64,000 nucleotides of DNA. Source: an uncultured delta proteobacterium (GTDB lineage Bacteria; Desulfobacterota; Binatia; JACPRU01). The notes under the pieces were generated by a model. That model was not told the DNA's origin. It saw nothing but the letters and a program-made list of their open reading frames with translations, and searched no databases. Position 1 is the stretch's first letter; each line of letters begins with the position of its first letter. The position numbers were made by a program, and so were the translations under genes. Location of the stretch: NCBI GenBank assembly GCA_963745025.1, contig CAVUWD010000010.1:160001-224000 (forward strand), given 5' to 3'. Below are positions 1 through 9,362 of the stretch, piece by piece.

Positions 1-128
1 CAGCGGTCGTGAAGGGGCTGGCGGGCGAGAACGAGCTCCGCCGCCTGAACGGCGCCGACCATTTCCTCTTCGGCTTCGAGGAGGAGGTCGGCGAAGCGGT
101 GGCGCGCTTCTGTGCGCCCGCGGCGTAG
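1..128 (+). CDS. Partial (3' end) alpha/beta hydrolase
   Basis: Frame 3 reads AVVKGLAGENELRRLNGADHFLFGFEEEVGEAVARF..*; GADHF is a typical catalytic-His motif; stop TAG at 126-128. Confidence 0.6.
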   Translation, partial: AVVKGLAGENELRRLNGADHFLFGFEEEVGEAVARFCAPAA

Positions 129-133
129 AGGGC

Positions 134-418
134 CTACGCGTCGACCTTCACGCCCCGCCAGAACGCCACGTAGCCCCTGATGTTGTCCGCCGCGGGCTTG
201 GTCTGCGGGTAGTACCAGGCGGCGTCCTTGTTGACCTGCCCGTCGACGACGACGTCGAAGTAGCTGGCTTCGCCTTTCCAGGGGCAGGTCGTGTGGGTCG
301 CGCTCTCGCGGAAGTACTCGCGGCGGATCGCGTCGGGGGGAAAGTACTGGTTTCCTTCCACGACCTCGCAGCGGGTGCTCTCGGCGAGCACGGCCCCGTT
401 CCACGTCGCTTTGGGCAT
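134..418 (-). CDS. DUF427 domain protein
   Basis: VVEGNQYFP, TTCPWKGEASY and AAWYYP motifs; GGAG RBS upstream. Confidence 0.9.
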   Translation of the reverse strand: MPKATWNGAVLAESTRCEVVEGNQYFPPDAIRREYFRESATHTTCPWKGEASYFDVVVDGQVNKDAAWYYPQTKPAADNIRGYVAFWRGVKVDA

Positions 419-486
419 GATCGATCTCCTTCCTCAAAACAGCCGGCGTGTCGCGATGTCGGCGCCCTCGTCCGGCCGCGGGCGAC

Positions 487-1899
487 TCAAACCTCTGGCC
501 ACTCCGGGTGCCAGGGCCGCTCGCGCTCGAATGCCCGCGCCGCCTGAAGCACTAGATCCTCGCGGTGACGGGGACCGACGAGCTGCATGCCGATCGGCAG
601 GCGCGCCCGCGACAGGCCCGCTCGGACGGTCGCCGCGGGATGCCAGGACAGATTGAACGGAATCGTGAACGAGGCGACGCTCAACGGCACCTGCGGACGG
701 CCTTCGGTCTCGGCCGGAAATGGACCGCGAGCAGGAGGCGGATCGTAGGGAACCGTCGGCGTGACGAGCAGATCGAACCGCTCGAAGCTTCGCGCGCACC
801 AGTCGTTGAGCTCCGCGCGCAGACGAGCCCCTTCTCCCCAGAGCTCGGGCGTCATTTTCCAGCCGAGACGCACGGTCTCGAGGAAGGCTCGTCCGAAATC
901 GGGCGCTCGCCCCGGGAGCAGCGAATGGAGCTGCGAGGCGAGCTCGAAGCTGCCGAGGATGCTCCATTCCCGTCCGATCATCGGCGGCCCGTCCGGCAGC
1001 GGTTCGACGCCGTGACCGAGCTTGCCGAACACCGCCGCCGCTTCCTCGACGGCGGCGGCGACGTCCGACTGCACCACGGCGTAGCCGAGATCGAGCGAGA
1101 TGCCGATGCGAAGCTTCCCGGCAAGCGGCGTGCGCACCGTCTCGAGGTAGGAAAGGCCCGGATGCGGCAGGCTGTTCGGATCGTGAGGCGAGGGGCCGAC
1201 CACCTGATCGAGGAAAAACGCTCCGTCTTCGACCGTCTTGGTGAGCGGCCCGCAGACCGCCGTATCGCCGTAGCCCCAATGTTTCGAAGGTCCGACCGGG
1301 ATGCGCCCGAACGACGGCTTCAGGCCGAACGCGCCGGTGAAGCTCGCCGGGATGCGGATCGAGCCGCCGCCGTCGCTCGCGGTCACCAGGGGAAGCACCG
1401 AGCCAACGAGCGCCGCCGCCGAACCGCCGCTCGATCCGCCAGGGGTGCGATCGAGATTCCAGGGGGAACGCGTCACGCCGTAGACGAGGTTCTTGGTGAT
1501 CGCCGCGTAGCCGAACTCGGGCGTATTGGTCTTGCCGACGACGATCGCTCCCGCCGAGCGCAGCCGCGAGACCTGCGTCGAGTCGCGCTTGGCGACGTTG
1601 CCGCGAAAGGGCACCGAGCCTTGCGAGGTGACGAGCCCCGCGACGTCCTCGAGATCCTTGACGCCGAGCGGGACGCCCTCCAGGGGGCGGGCTTCTCCGC
1701 GGGCGATTCGCTCGCCGGCCGCGCGCGCGTCGGCGCGGAGCGCGTCACGGTCGCGCAGGGTCACCACGGCGTTCAGCGACGACCCGGTCGCCTCGACGCG
1801 GGCGAGCACGAGCTCCAGCAGCTCGACGGGCGAGATTTGCCGCCGCCGCAGCGCATCGCTCAGCTCGATCAGGCTCGATCTGCGAAGGTCGAAGTCCAT
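487..1899 (-). CDS. Amidase signature family enzyme
   Basis: GVPLGVKD, TPGGSSGGS and SDGGGSIRIPA (Ser-cisSer-Lys triad); start taken at MDFDL (1899). Confidence 0.9.
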   Translation of the reverse strand: MDFDLRRSSLIELSDALRRRQISPVELLELVLARVEATGSSLNAVVTLRDRDALRADARAAGERIARGEARPLEGVPLGVKDLEDVAGLVTSQGSVPFRGNVAKRDSTQVSRLRSAGAIVVGKTNTPEFGYAAITKNLVYGVTRSPWNLDRTPGGSSGGSAAALVGSVLPLVTASDGGGSIRIPASFTGAFGLKPSFGRIPVGPSKHWGYGDTAVCGPLTKTVEDGAFFLDQVVGPSPHDPNSLPHPGLSYLETVRTPLAGKLRIGISLDLGYAVVQSDVAAAVEEAAAVFGKLGHGVEPLPDGPPMIGREWSILGSFELASQLHSLLPGRAPDFGRAFLETVRLGWKMTPELWGEGARLRAELNDWCARSFERFDLLVTPTVPYDPPPARGPFPAETEGRPQVPLSVASFTIPFNLSWHPAATVRAGLSRARLPIGMQLVGPRHREDLVLQAARAFERERPWHPEWPEV

Positions 1900-1904
1900 G
1901 AAGC

Positions 1905-2123
1905 TCACCAGTAGAGGGCGGCGTCGCCGCTCGCCGGGTCGAAACCGACCCGGGGCAGCGGTCCGAGGCGGAAGCGGCGGCCGCTCACGCCGCGCCACGG
2001 ACAGGTGACGCAACCGTCGTCGATCGCGACCCGTGTCAGCTCGGTCGTCTCCACGCGGCGCATCTTCGTGCAGCCGGCGGTCGAGTTGCAAGAAGGGTCA
2101 ACTGGGAGATGGTCGACTGGCAT
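1905..2123 (-). CDS. Small 72-aa ORF with a degenerate Rieske-like CPWxG motif (possible remnant)
   Basis: ATG overlaps the MFS stop (TGATG) and the ORF ends 5 bp before the amidase start; contains DDGCVTCPWRG..RFRL. Confidence 0.35.
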   Translation of the reverse strand: MPVDHLPVDPSCNSTAGCTKMRRVETTELTRVAIDDGCVTCPWRGVSGRRFRLGPLPRVGFDPASGDAALYW

Positions 2124-3376
2124 CAAGCGCCCGGCATCGGCGCTCGGCTGATCTCGATCGGCCCCATGCCGGCTCCGAGCGGGACGGCCTCGACCGTCAC
2201 GGGCGCAAACCGGCCGAGGAGGAGAAACGCCGGCGCGGTCGCGAGGAAGAGCGCCGCCGACAGCAACCACGACGCGGGGATCCCGTGGTCGCGCGCGACG
2301 AAGCCGATCACGACGAGGCCGGCGCCCCCGCCGAGCGTTCCGATCATCGACCGAATCGACAAGACGGTGGCGCGGCGCTCGGCGGCGACGTGCTCGTTCA
2401 TCCACGCCTGCATCACCGGCTCGCTCAGGCCGAAGCTCACCTCCTGGAGGAGCCAGCCGCCGAGCGCTGGAGAAAAGGTGGTCGCCAGCGCGGCGACGCC
2501 GAGCGCCACGCCGCGCCACGCGGCCGACAGGCAGAGCACGCGCTCGCGGCGCAGCCGCTCGAGGAGCCGCGGCAAGAGTGCGCTGCCGGCGACCGCCGCG
2601 AGGTTCAGCAACACCCAGAGCCAGCCGATGATCCACACGCCCTCCGCGGAGAGGTCGATCATGCGCTGCTGCCAGAGCATGTGCGCTGGGATGGCCGCAA
2701 AGAACGAAGCGCCCGTGAGCGCGCAGACGAGCCCGAGAACGGGCGTGCCGTGCACCGATCGAAATCCCTCGCGCATCGCGGTGAGCAGGCCCGGTCGCGT
2801 CGCCGCCGGTATCGCTCCCTTCGGCGCCTCGTGCATCCGCCAGAGGGCGATCGCGCCCGTCGAGACGAAGCCGCCGGTGGCGACCCACCAGGGAAGCGAG
2901 AAATCGACGGCGGCGAGATATGCGCAGGCGAGGCCGCCGACGATCATCATCACCCGTGCGAGCATCTGTGCGCGCGCGAAGAAGCGCGCGACCGGTCGCT
3001 CGTCGCCCTCGGCGCGCATGCCATCGATCGCCCAGGCATCGAGCGCACCGCTGGCGAGCGTGGTGCCGACACCGTCGATCACCTCGGCGACGGCGCAGTC
3101 CCGGAAGTCGTGCGCCACGGCGTAGAGGCCGAACGCGAGCGCCCGGACGGCGCAGGCAAGGAGGAAGGACGTCTTGCGGCCGACGAGGTCGGCGGCGGCC
3201 CCCGTCGGCACCTCGAAGGCGAAGATGACGACCAGGTAGATGGCGAGCACGAGGTTCACCTCGAGCGCGTCGAGGCCGCGGCTACGCAGAAACAGCGGGT
3301 AGACCGGTGCGATGAACCACGCCCAGAGGCTGTAGAGGCCGAAGACCAGATAGTATGTGCGCTCGGTGCGGGTCAT
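2123..3376 (-). CDS. MFS transporter
   Basis: About 12 hydrophobic segments; FEVPTGAAADLVGRK and ASGALDAW motifs; start at MTRTERT. Confidence 0.9.
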   Translation of the reverse strand: MTRTERTYYLVFGLYSLWAWFIAPVYPLFLRSRGLDALEVNLVLAIYLVVIFAFEVPTGAAADLVGRKTSFLLACAVRALAFGLYAVAHDFRDCAVAEVIDGVGTTLASGALDAWAIDGMRAEGDERPVARFFARAQMLARVMMIVGGLACAYLAAVDFSLPWWVATGGFVSTGAIALWRMHEAPKGAIPAATRPGLLTAMREGFRSVHGTPVLGLVCALTGASFFAAIPAHMLWQQRMIDLSAEGVWIIGWLWVLLNLAAVAGSALLPRLLERLRRERVLCLSAAWRGVALGVAALATTFSPALGGWLLQEVSFGLSEPVMQAWMNEHVAAERRATVLSIRSMIGTLGGGAGLVVIGFVARDHGIPASWLLSAALFLATAPAFLLLGRFAPVTVEAVPLGAGMGPIEISRAPMPGA

Positions 3377-3465
3377 GGGTAACCCGTAACCGTAGCGCCG
3401 CCGCGGGACTGAGGCAACGGGAATCGGCTCGTGCGATGTGACCCGCACCCGATCAGTTTTCGCAC

Positions 3466-3669
3466 GACGCTCGAGGAGACGGACGCGGTCGGTTGTGGTC
3501 GGCCCGTACTCGGGTCGATCACAATCAACCGCAACCGCGCGGAGCGCGGAAGACAATAACCCTCGACACTGGTCTATTGTCTTCCGCGCTCGCGCGCGGT
3601 GGCTGGATTTTCCGGTCGACCCGAATCCGGGCCGACCGGAAAGTCCAGCGCTTCCGGATCTCGAGCGCC
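3466..3669. repeat. Multi-hairpin palindromic element (REPIN/MITE-like or structured RNA)
   Basis: Three long stems (3485-3532, 3534-3600 with a perfect 17-bp core, 3602-3649) closed by CGCTCGAG/CTCGAGCG; hairpins 1 and 3 are inverted copies of each other. Confidence 0.75.
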
Positions 3670-3828
3670 GGAGGCGAAGAGTGAGGCATCACTCGTGCGC
3701 AGGGCGGATACGGCGAATCGGAGGCAGCCGTATTCAAGGACCCGCGAACCCGGTGCGACCCCATCGGGCGCCGCCCGAAACGCCGCCCAGCCGCCCGCTG
3801 CGATCGCCAGATTCCGAAGGCCGCAGGC

Positions 3829-5127
3829 TCACCCGACTTTCGCCCGCTTTTCTGCGGCGGTTCGATACAGCAGGTCCTTCTCCATCAGGTAGCCGAACTG
3901 CATGCGGAATTCCTCGACCGAGATGCCGCAGACGGCGGCGAGCTTGCCGAGCTCGTCGGGATCGTCGAAGTCCGACTTGTTGAGCCGCAGCATGTAGCGG
4001 CGCGCGATCGAGTAGGACTCGGAGGCGACGTCGACCATGCGCACGCGCGTGCGGCCCGTCTCGTGATCGAGGATGTGTTTGAAGTAGAGCGGCACGAAGT
4101 GCCCGTCCTGAATCGACACCATCGCCGCGTTGCCGCCGTCGAGGACGAACTGCGCGGCGGAGAAGCCGAGGTCGCGCGTGTACTCCATGTCGAAGGGAAT
4201 CGGGTCCGCGCAGCGCAGCTCGTAGCCGATCTCCTTGTCGGCGATCGTGACCTTGATGCCGAAGCCCTTGAGGCGCGCCTGCACCTGTCGCTTGATGATG
4301 TCGCCGAAGTCGATCTCTCCGAGCCGAATGTGCCCGTGCGCGTCGCGCTCCACCGACTCGAGCTCCTCGAGCTCGCGCGCGTCAAAGCGCTCGACGAGAC
4401 CCTCGGCCAGCACGGCGACCCCGTCGGTGCGGCCGTAGGAGAGCCGTTTGACGATCGCCCCGACCAGGATGTCGACCACGTGGCCGAGGCGGATCGGCGT
4501 GTCGGCGAACTCCTCCGGGATCACGGTCAGGGTCGCGCCCGCGGCCTTGCCGATGCCGAGCGCCAGATGCCCGGCCTTGCGGCCCATCGAAACCACGAAG
4601 TACCAGCGCGACGTGGTCTTGGCGTCGACCATCAGGTTACGGACGATGTCGACGCCTACGTCGCGCGCCGTTTGATAGCCGAAGGTCGGGATGCCGTGCG
4701 GCAAATCGAGGTCGTTGTCGATCGTCTTCGGCACGTGGACGACGTGGATCCGACCGGCGGCAGTTTCCTCGATCTTCATCGCGCTGTAGGCCGTGTCGTC
4801 GCCCCCGATCGTGATCAGCTTGTCGATGTTCAGCCGGAGGAGAGACGCGACCACGCTCTCGAGCAGCTTCTTGTCGTTCGTCGGGTTGTCGCGGGCGGTG
4901 CCGAGCGTCGAGCCGCCGCGGAAGTGGATGCGGCTCACCTGCTCGATGGTCAGATCGCGCGCGTGAGAGATGTCGCCGAGCATCAGCCACTTGAAGCCCT
5001 CCTCGATGCCGAGCACCGCCACGCCATCGAGATTGGCGCGAATCGTCGCCGCGGCGATCACGCTGTTGATTCCCGGCGCGGGCCCGCCGCCGACGAGGAT
5101 GCCGAGATTCTTGGGGTGCGTTGCCAT
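3829..5127 (-). CDS. pfp: Pyrophosphate-dependent phosphofructokinase
   Basis: GGGPAPGIN, IGGDDT (Asp at the donor-specificity position indicates PPi), PKTIDND and MGRKAG motifs. Confidence 0.9.
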   Translation of the reverse strand: MATHPKNLGILVGGGPAPGINSVIAAATIRANLDGVAVLGIEEGFKWLMLGDISHARDLTIEQVSRIHFRGGSTLGTARDNPTNDKKLLESVVASLLRLNIDKLITIGGDDTAYSAMKIEETAAGRIHVVHVPKTIDNDLDLPHGIPTFGYQTARDVGVDIVRNLMVDAKTTSRWYFVVSMGRKAGHLALGIGKAAGATLTVIPEEFADTPIRLGHVVDILVGAIVKRLSYGRTDGVAVLAEGLVERFDARELEELESVERDAHGHIRLGEIDFGDIIKRQVQARLKGFGIKVTIADKEIGYELRCADPIPFDMEYTRDLGFSAAQFVLDGGNAAMVSIQDGHFVPLYFKHILDHETGRTRVRMVDVASESYSIARRYMLRLNKSDFDDPDELGKLAAVCGISVEEFRMQFGYLMEKDLLYRTAAEKRAKVG

Positions 5128-5248
5128 GAGCGCTCCGCTTCGCGGCCTTTGAATTGTGCGCCGAAGCCGCCCGCCGGGGAAGGGCTCGGGGAAGGTGTCG
5201 GCCACCGCTTCGCGGGGCAGCCGCTTCAGGAAATGGGGCCCGACGCCC

Positions 5249-5671
5249 TCAGTTCTTCTGCGCCCCGCGCATCATCAGATAGAGGCCGACGAACACGCCG
5301 AGGACCGCGATCACGAACAGCGTGAAGACCACGATGTTGGATAGCGGAGGCGCAAGCTCGAGCCCGCGCTGGCGGACGAGCGCGGCGATGATCGAAGCGA
5401 CGATGTTTCCCCACGCGGCGACGATGAACGACCAGGCGTAGAGCGGCACGCGCCGCTCGTCGAGCGACAGATGCTTCAGGGCCGCGCCCGCTGCGATCGT
5501 CAGGAGCCCGTTCAGTACGCCTTCGAGGTGCGCCATGCGCCAGGCGCGAACGTCGCCCTCGAGCCGCCCCATGGCCACCAGACCGAAGGGCAATCCGGCG
5601 AGCAGTCCCACCCAGATCACCGCCGCGCCGTGGAAGAGCATCTTGCGTACGTAGCCGTCGATCGTTTCCAT
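5249..5671 (-). CDS. Styrene oxide isomerase (StyC)-like 4-TM membrane protein
   Basis: RKMLFHG, AWRMAHLEGVLNGL, AAWGN and QRGL match StyC segments RKMAGHG, GWARAHSGPALNGM, DGWSN and NRGL (recalled from memory); GGAGG RBS. Confidence 0.65.
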   Translation of the reverse strand: METIDGYVRKMLFHGAAVIWVGLLAGLPFGLVAMGRLEGDVRAWRMAHLEGVLNGLLTIAAGAALKHLSLDERRVPLYAWSFIVAAWGNIVASIIAALVRQRGLELAPPLSNIVVFTLFVIAVLGVFVGLYLMMRGAQKN

Positions 5672-5758
5672 CCGCCTCCCCCGTCGTTAGACCTGCTGCG
5701 AATTTCGGATCGACGTTAGGCGGTTGCATGAATGCCGAAACGATGTCAACGAGCGCCG

Positions 5759-6568
5759 ATGTCCGCCCGTCTCGAGCTGCCTGCCGATCACCCGCACGTC
5801 GCCCTCGTCACGATCGACCGCCCCGAGCAGGCCAACTCGCTCGACCCGCGGACGCTCTTCGAGCTGGCGTCCGCGTGGCGGCGGATCGCCGGCGATCCCG
5901 AGATCCGCTGCGCTGTCGTGACGGGCGCCGGCGATCGCGTCTTTTGCGCCGGCATGGACATGAAGACGACGATTCCGGCCTCGCAGCGGTTCGCGCGCGG
6001 TGAGCGCATCGACGAGGAATCGATGGAAGGGCTGCGGAGCGTGGCGACGGCCCTGCTCGCCGACTTCGACTTGGGGACTCCGCTCGTCGCCGCGGTGAAC
6101 GGACACGCGCGCGCCGGCGGCTTCGATCTCCTCCTCGCCTGCGAGATCCGCTTCGCGGTGCCGCACGCGACGTTCGCGCTGGAAGAGGTCGCGCTCGGTC
6201 TCTACCCGACGGGCAACGCCACGGTCCTCCTGCCTCGGCAGATCCCGTGGGTGCACGCCCACGAGCTACTGCTCGCCGCCCGGGCGATCTCCGCCGAGCG
6301 CGCGCTGGCCATCGGCCTGGTGAACGAGATCGTTCCGCCCGAGCGGCTGCTTCGGCGTGCGTTCGAGTGCGCGGACGCGATCGCCGGCAACGCTCCGCTG
6401 GCCGTCCGCGAGACACGTCGCGGAGTGCGCGAGATCCTCCACCTGTCGCTCGCGGACGCCTATCGGCGGCAAGAGGAGATCGGACGCGAGCTTCGCAAGA
6501 CCGAGGACGCGCGCGAAGCGCAGCGCGCCTTCGTCGAGAAGCGGAAGCCGCGGTGGCGGGGGAAGTGA
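5759..6568 (+). CDS. Enoyl-CoA hydratase/isomerase family protein
   Basis: FCAGMD, AAVNGHARAGG and AFVEKRKPRW crotonase motifs. Confidence 0.9.
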   Translation: MSARLELPADHPHVALVTIDRPEQANSLDPRTLFELASAWRRIAGDPEIRCAVVTGAGDRVFCAGMDMKTTIPASQRFARGERIDEESMEGLRSVATALLADFDLGTPLVAAVNGHARAGGFDLLLACEIRFAVPHATFALEEVALGLYPTGNATVLLPRQIPWVHAHELLLAARAISAERALAIGLVNEIVPPERLLRRAFECADAIAGNAPLAVRETRRGVREILHLSLADAYRRQEEIGRELRKTEDAREAQRAFVEKRKPRWRGK

Positions 6569-6570
6569 AC

Positions 6571-6630
6571 GGCTACCGGTAAAGACTTCGCGGTTCCTTT
6601 GCGGTAGTCGGTAGCCGGAAGCCGGTAGCC
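6571..6630. repeat. Heptamer-periodic palindromic element between convergent genes
   Basis: GGCTACCGG...CCGGTAGCC arms; CGGTAGT-CGGTAGC-CGGAAGC-CGGTAGC 7-bp repeats. Confidence 0.55.
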
Positions 6631-6641
6631 TCCTGCGAGGC

Positions 6642-7556
6642 TCATGCGCTGCGCGTCTTGGTCGTCGCAGGGGCCTTGCTTGCCGAGCGGATACGACGCG
6701 TGCTCGCATGAACGAGGTACGCCGGCGCGTACACGGGGCGGCGGTCGCGCATGTAGCGGCTCTGGAGCGTCGGCGCCTCGGCGATCTCCAGCACCCGGTA
6801 CCCGAGGCGATTGAGGAATGGGCCGGCATCTTCCGGATGAATCGCGAACGTTACCGGCTCGCCGACGAGATAGAGCGCGCTTGCCGACAGCCGGTGTGCG
6901 GCGGAGACCAGGTCGGAGCCCTGCGGGATCTGCCACAGGTCCATGGCGATCTCTGACCCTGCGGCGGAGATCTCGCGCAGCTCGGCGAGCGTCTTCTTGA
7001 CGGCGTCTCGGGAGAGATACATGGCAACCCCCTCCCACACGTAGAAGGTGCGCACGCCCCGCTGAAAGCCCGACTCCTGCAGGCGGTCGCGCAGCGAATC
7101 CGCCTGGAAATCGACTTCGACGACCCGAACGTCCGCGACGGGAAGGTCGCGGGTGTGGGCGGCGAGAATGCGAGCCTTGCGCCGGCTGGTGGCGGGATGA
7201 TCGACCTCGAAGACGGGGCGATGCTTGAGCTCGTCCGCGAACCGATACGCGCGCATGTCGTACCCCGCTCCGAGAATCACGACCTGCTCGGCGGTGCGCG
7301 CGAGCGCGCGCCGCAAGCAGTCGTCGATGAAGCGGTGTCGGCAGAGCACGAAGGCAACGACGCCGGGGGCGAAGCGCTCGGCGAGATCCCCGAGCTGCCC
7401 GCTTGCCTCCCACGTGGCGAGCGCGGCACGCAGCATCGGTCCGAGAAAGAACTTGGCATAGGGATCGTCGACGATGCGATCGGCGGGTTGGTGCCGCTGA
7501 TCAGTCGCCCGCATCCAGCAAACGGCCTCCGCCGTCTGGCTCGGCTCGCCGCGCAC
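6642..7556 (-). CDS. SAM-dependent methyltransferase (LCM / TIGR00027-like)
   Basis: DDPYAKFF, QVVILGAGYDMRAYR, FEVDHP and WEGVAMYL motifs. Confidence 0.9.
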   Translation of the reverse strand: MRGEPSQTAEAVCWMRATDQRHQPADRIVDDPYAKFFLGPMLRAALATWEASGQLGDLAERFAPGVVAFVLCRHRFIDDCLRRALARTAEQVVILGAGYDMRAYRFADELKHRPVFEVDHPATSRRKARILAAHTRDLPVADVRVVEVDFQADSLRDRLQESGFQRGVRTFYVWEGVAMYLSRDAVKKTLAELREISAAGSEIAMDLWQIPQGSDLVSAAHRLSASALYLVGEPVTFAIHPEDAGPFLNRLGYRVLEIAEAPTLQSRYMRDRRPVYAPAYLVHASTRRIRSASKAPATTKTRSA

Positions 7557-7659
7557 GTCAGCACCTCACCGGGACGTCGCCCCAAGCCGAACGCGCGATG
7601 GTGGCGATGCCCCGTATCTCATACGTTCGTCGAAAAACGAGAATTCCTACCGGAGTAGC

Positions 7660-9309
7660 TCAAGGAGACCGGCCCTCGACCTTCTCGCGCAGGTTCTGCG
7701 CCAGGCGCTTCATTGCCGGCGAGGGGTCGGACGGGGAAAGCCGGACCTCGATGAGGCTCGGCCGATCGCGGATCGCCAGCGCCTTTGCAAATGCATCTTC
7801 GAACGCGTCTTCGGTCGCGGCCTCGTACCCCGCGATTTCGCCGAAGAGCTCGCCGATCCGGTGGAAGCGCCACGGCGCGACGTCGTTGAAAGGCCCGTCG
7901 AGGATGAAGCGCTCCGTCGAGTAGCCGGCGTTGTTGAACACGACGACGATCGCGTTCGAGCCGATTCGCGCGAGCGTCGAGAGCTCCGTGCCGGTCATCT
8001 GGAAGGCGCCGTCACCCACCAGCACCAGCGGACGGCGGTCGGGACGCGCCACCGCCGCGCCGAGCGCCGCGGGCATCCCGAAGCCCATCGTGGTGTAGTA
8101 TGCAGAGGCCAAGAACTCGGTCCGTTCGTGGACGCGGAGCTCGACGGCCGCGAACAGGCAGTCGCCCACGTCGCACACGACGACCATGTCTGGCGTGAGA
8201 CCTTCGTTCAGCCGACCGATCAGCCGGCCGATCTTCATCCGCTCGCCCGCCTTCGGAAAGCCGGGCGCCGCGGGACCGGGGACACCGGTCGGCAGCGGCC
8301 GCCCTTGCGCGCCGCCCTTCTTGATGAGCAGCGGCACGAAATCGCGCAGCTGAACTCGCGGATAGCGATGATGGCGGATCACCACCTCGCCCTGGCTCGC
8401 GCGCACCATGAGCTTCGGGTCGAGCCGGGCCGTGTAGACGCCGAGATCGACGTCGTTCAGCGCCACGCCGAGCAGCAGCAGCAGATCGGCGGCTTCGACG
8501 CGCTCGCGCGCCGCATCCGGGCCCATCGCCCCCTCGTAGATCCCGAGGTAGGCGGGATGGCGCTCGCCGATCACCGATTTCCCGGTGAGCGTCGCGGCGA
8601 TCGGCAAGCGCAGGCGCTCGACGAGCTGCACGAGCGTATCCTGCAAGCCGCCGCGGTGGAGCTCGACGCCGGCGAGCAGCACCGGCGACGTGGCGGAATC
8701 GAGGAGGCTCATGGTCTCGGCGACCGCTTCCTCGAGCGCTGCCGGATCGCTCGAGGGGGCGGCCAGCGACTCGCCCGGCATCGGGTATCCCGTGAGCTCG
8801 ACGACATCGCGCGGGAGCTCGATGTAAACGGGCCGGCGGTGGTGCTGCGCGGCGGCGAGCGCGCGATCGATCTGGCGAAACGCAATCGCCGGATCGTCGA
8901 GCACTGCGGCCGCACAGGTGATGCGATCGAAGATCTCGCGCTGGAAGGTGAACGGCCCGAAGCGGTGGTGAATGAGCGGATCCTCGCGCTGCTCGCGCAG
9001 GCCCGGGGCGCCGCTGATCACCACCACCGGAGACGACTCGGCGTACGCGCCCGCGACCGCGTTGACCACGTTCAACGCGCCGACGCCGTAGGTGACGGCG
9101 AGCGCCCCGAGACCGCGGCACCGCGCATAACCGTCGGCCGCGAACGCCGCCGTGTCCTCGCGCGTCGTGCCGACGTGCTGGATCGGGCTCTTGACGATCT
9201 GATCGTAGAACTTGAGGACGTAGTCGCCGGGCACGCCGAAGATGTGGGCAACGCCGGCGGCGTAGAGCTTGTCGAGGAGGTACTCGCCGATCATCGGGGT
9301 GGCGGGCAT
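7660..9309 (-). CDS. TPP-dependent alpha-keto acid decarboxylase (indolepyruvate/phenylpyruvate decarboxylase family)
   Basis: IFGVPGDY, AADGYAR, HH loop and GDGAFQMTG..NN TPP-binding motif. Confidence 0.9.
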   Translation of the reverse strand: MPATPMIGEYLLDKLYAAGVAHIFGVPGDYVLKFYDQIVKSPIQHVGTTREDTAAFAADGYARCRGLGALAVTYGVGALNVVNAVAGAYAESSPVVVISGAPGLREQREDPLIHHRFGPFTFQREIFDRITCAAAVLDDPAIAFRQIDRALAAAQHHRRPVYIELPRDVVELTGYPMPGESLAAPSSDPAALEEAVAETMSLLDSATSPVLLAGVELHRGGLQDTLVQLVERLRLPIAATLTGKSVIGERHPAYLGIYEGAMGPDAARERVEAADLLLLLGVALNDVDLGVYTARLDPKLMVRASQGEVVIRHHRYPRVQLRDFVPLLIKKGGAQGRPLPTGVPGPAAPGFPKAGERMKIGRLIGRLNEGLTPDMVVVCDVGDCLFAAVELRVHERTEFLASAYYTTMGFGMPAALGAAVARPDRRPLVLVGDGAFQMTGTELSTLARIGSNAIVVVFNNAGYSTERFILDGPFNDVAPWRFHRIGELFGEIAGYEAATEDAFEDAFAKALAIRDRPSLIEVRLSPSDPSPAMKRLAQNLREKVEGRSP

Positions 9310-9362
9310 GCTGGGTCAGCCTATCATCTAGAACACCAGGGGAGCGAGGCGCGCACCGCCCA

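Noticed and set aside
3466-3669. tRNA or known riboswitch
   Set aside because: Arms are far too long for tRNA, there is no TTC T-loop or CCA end, and I recognised no aptamer consensus
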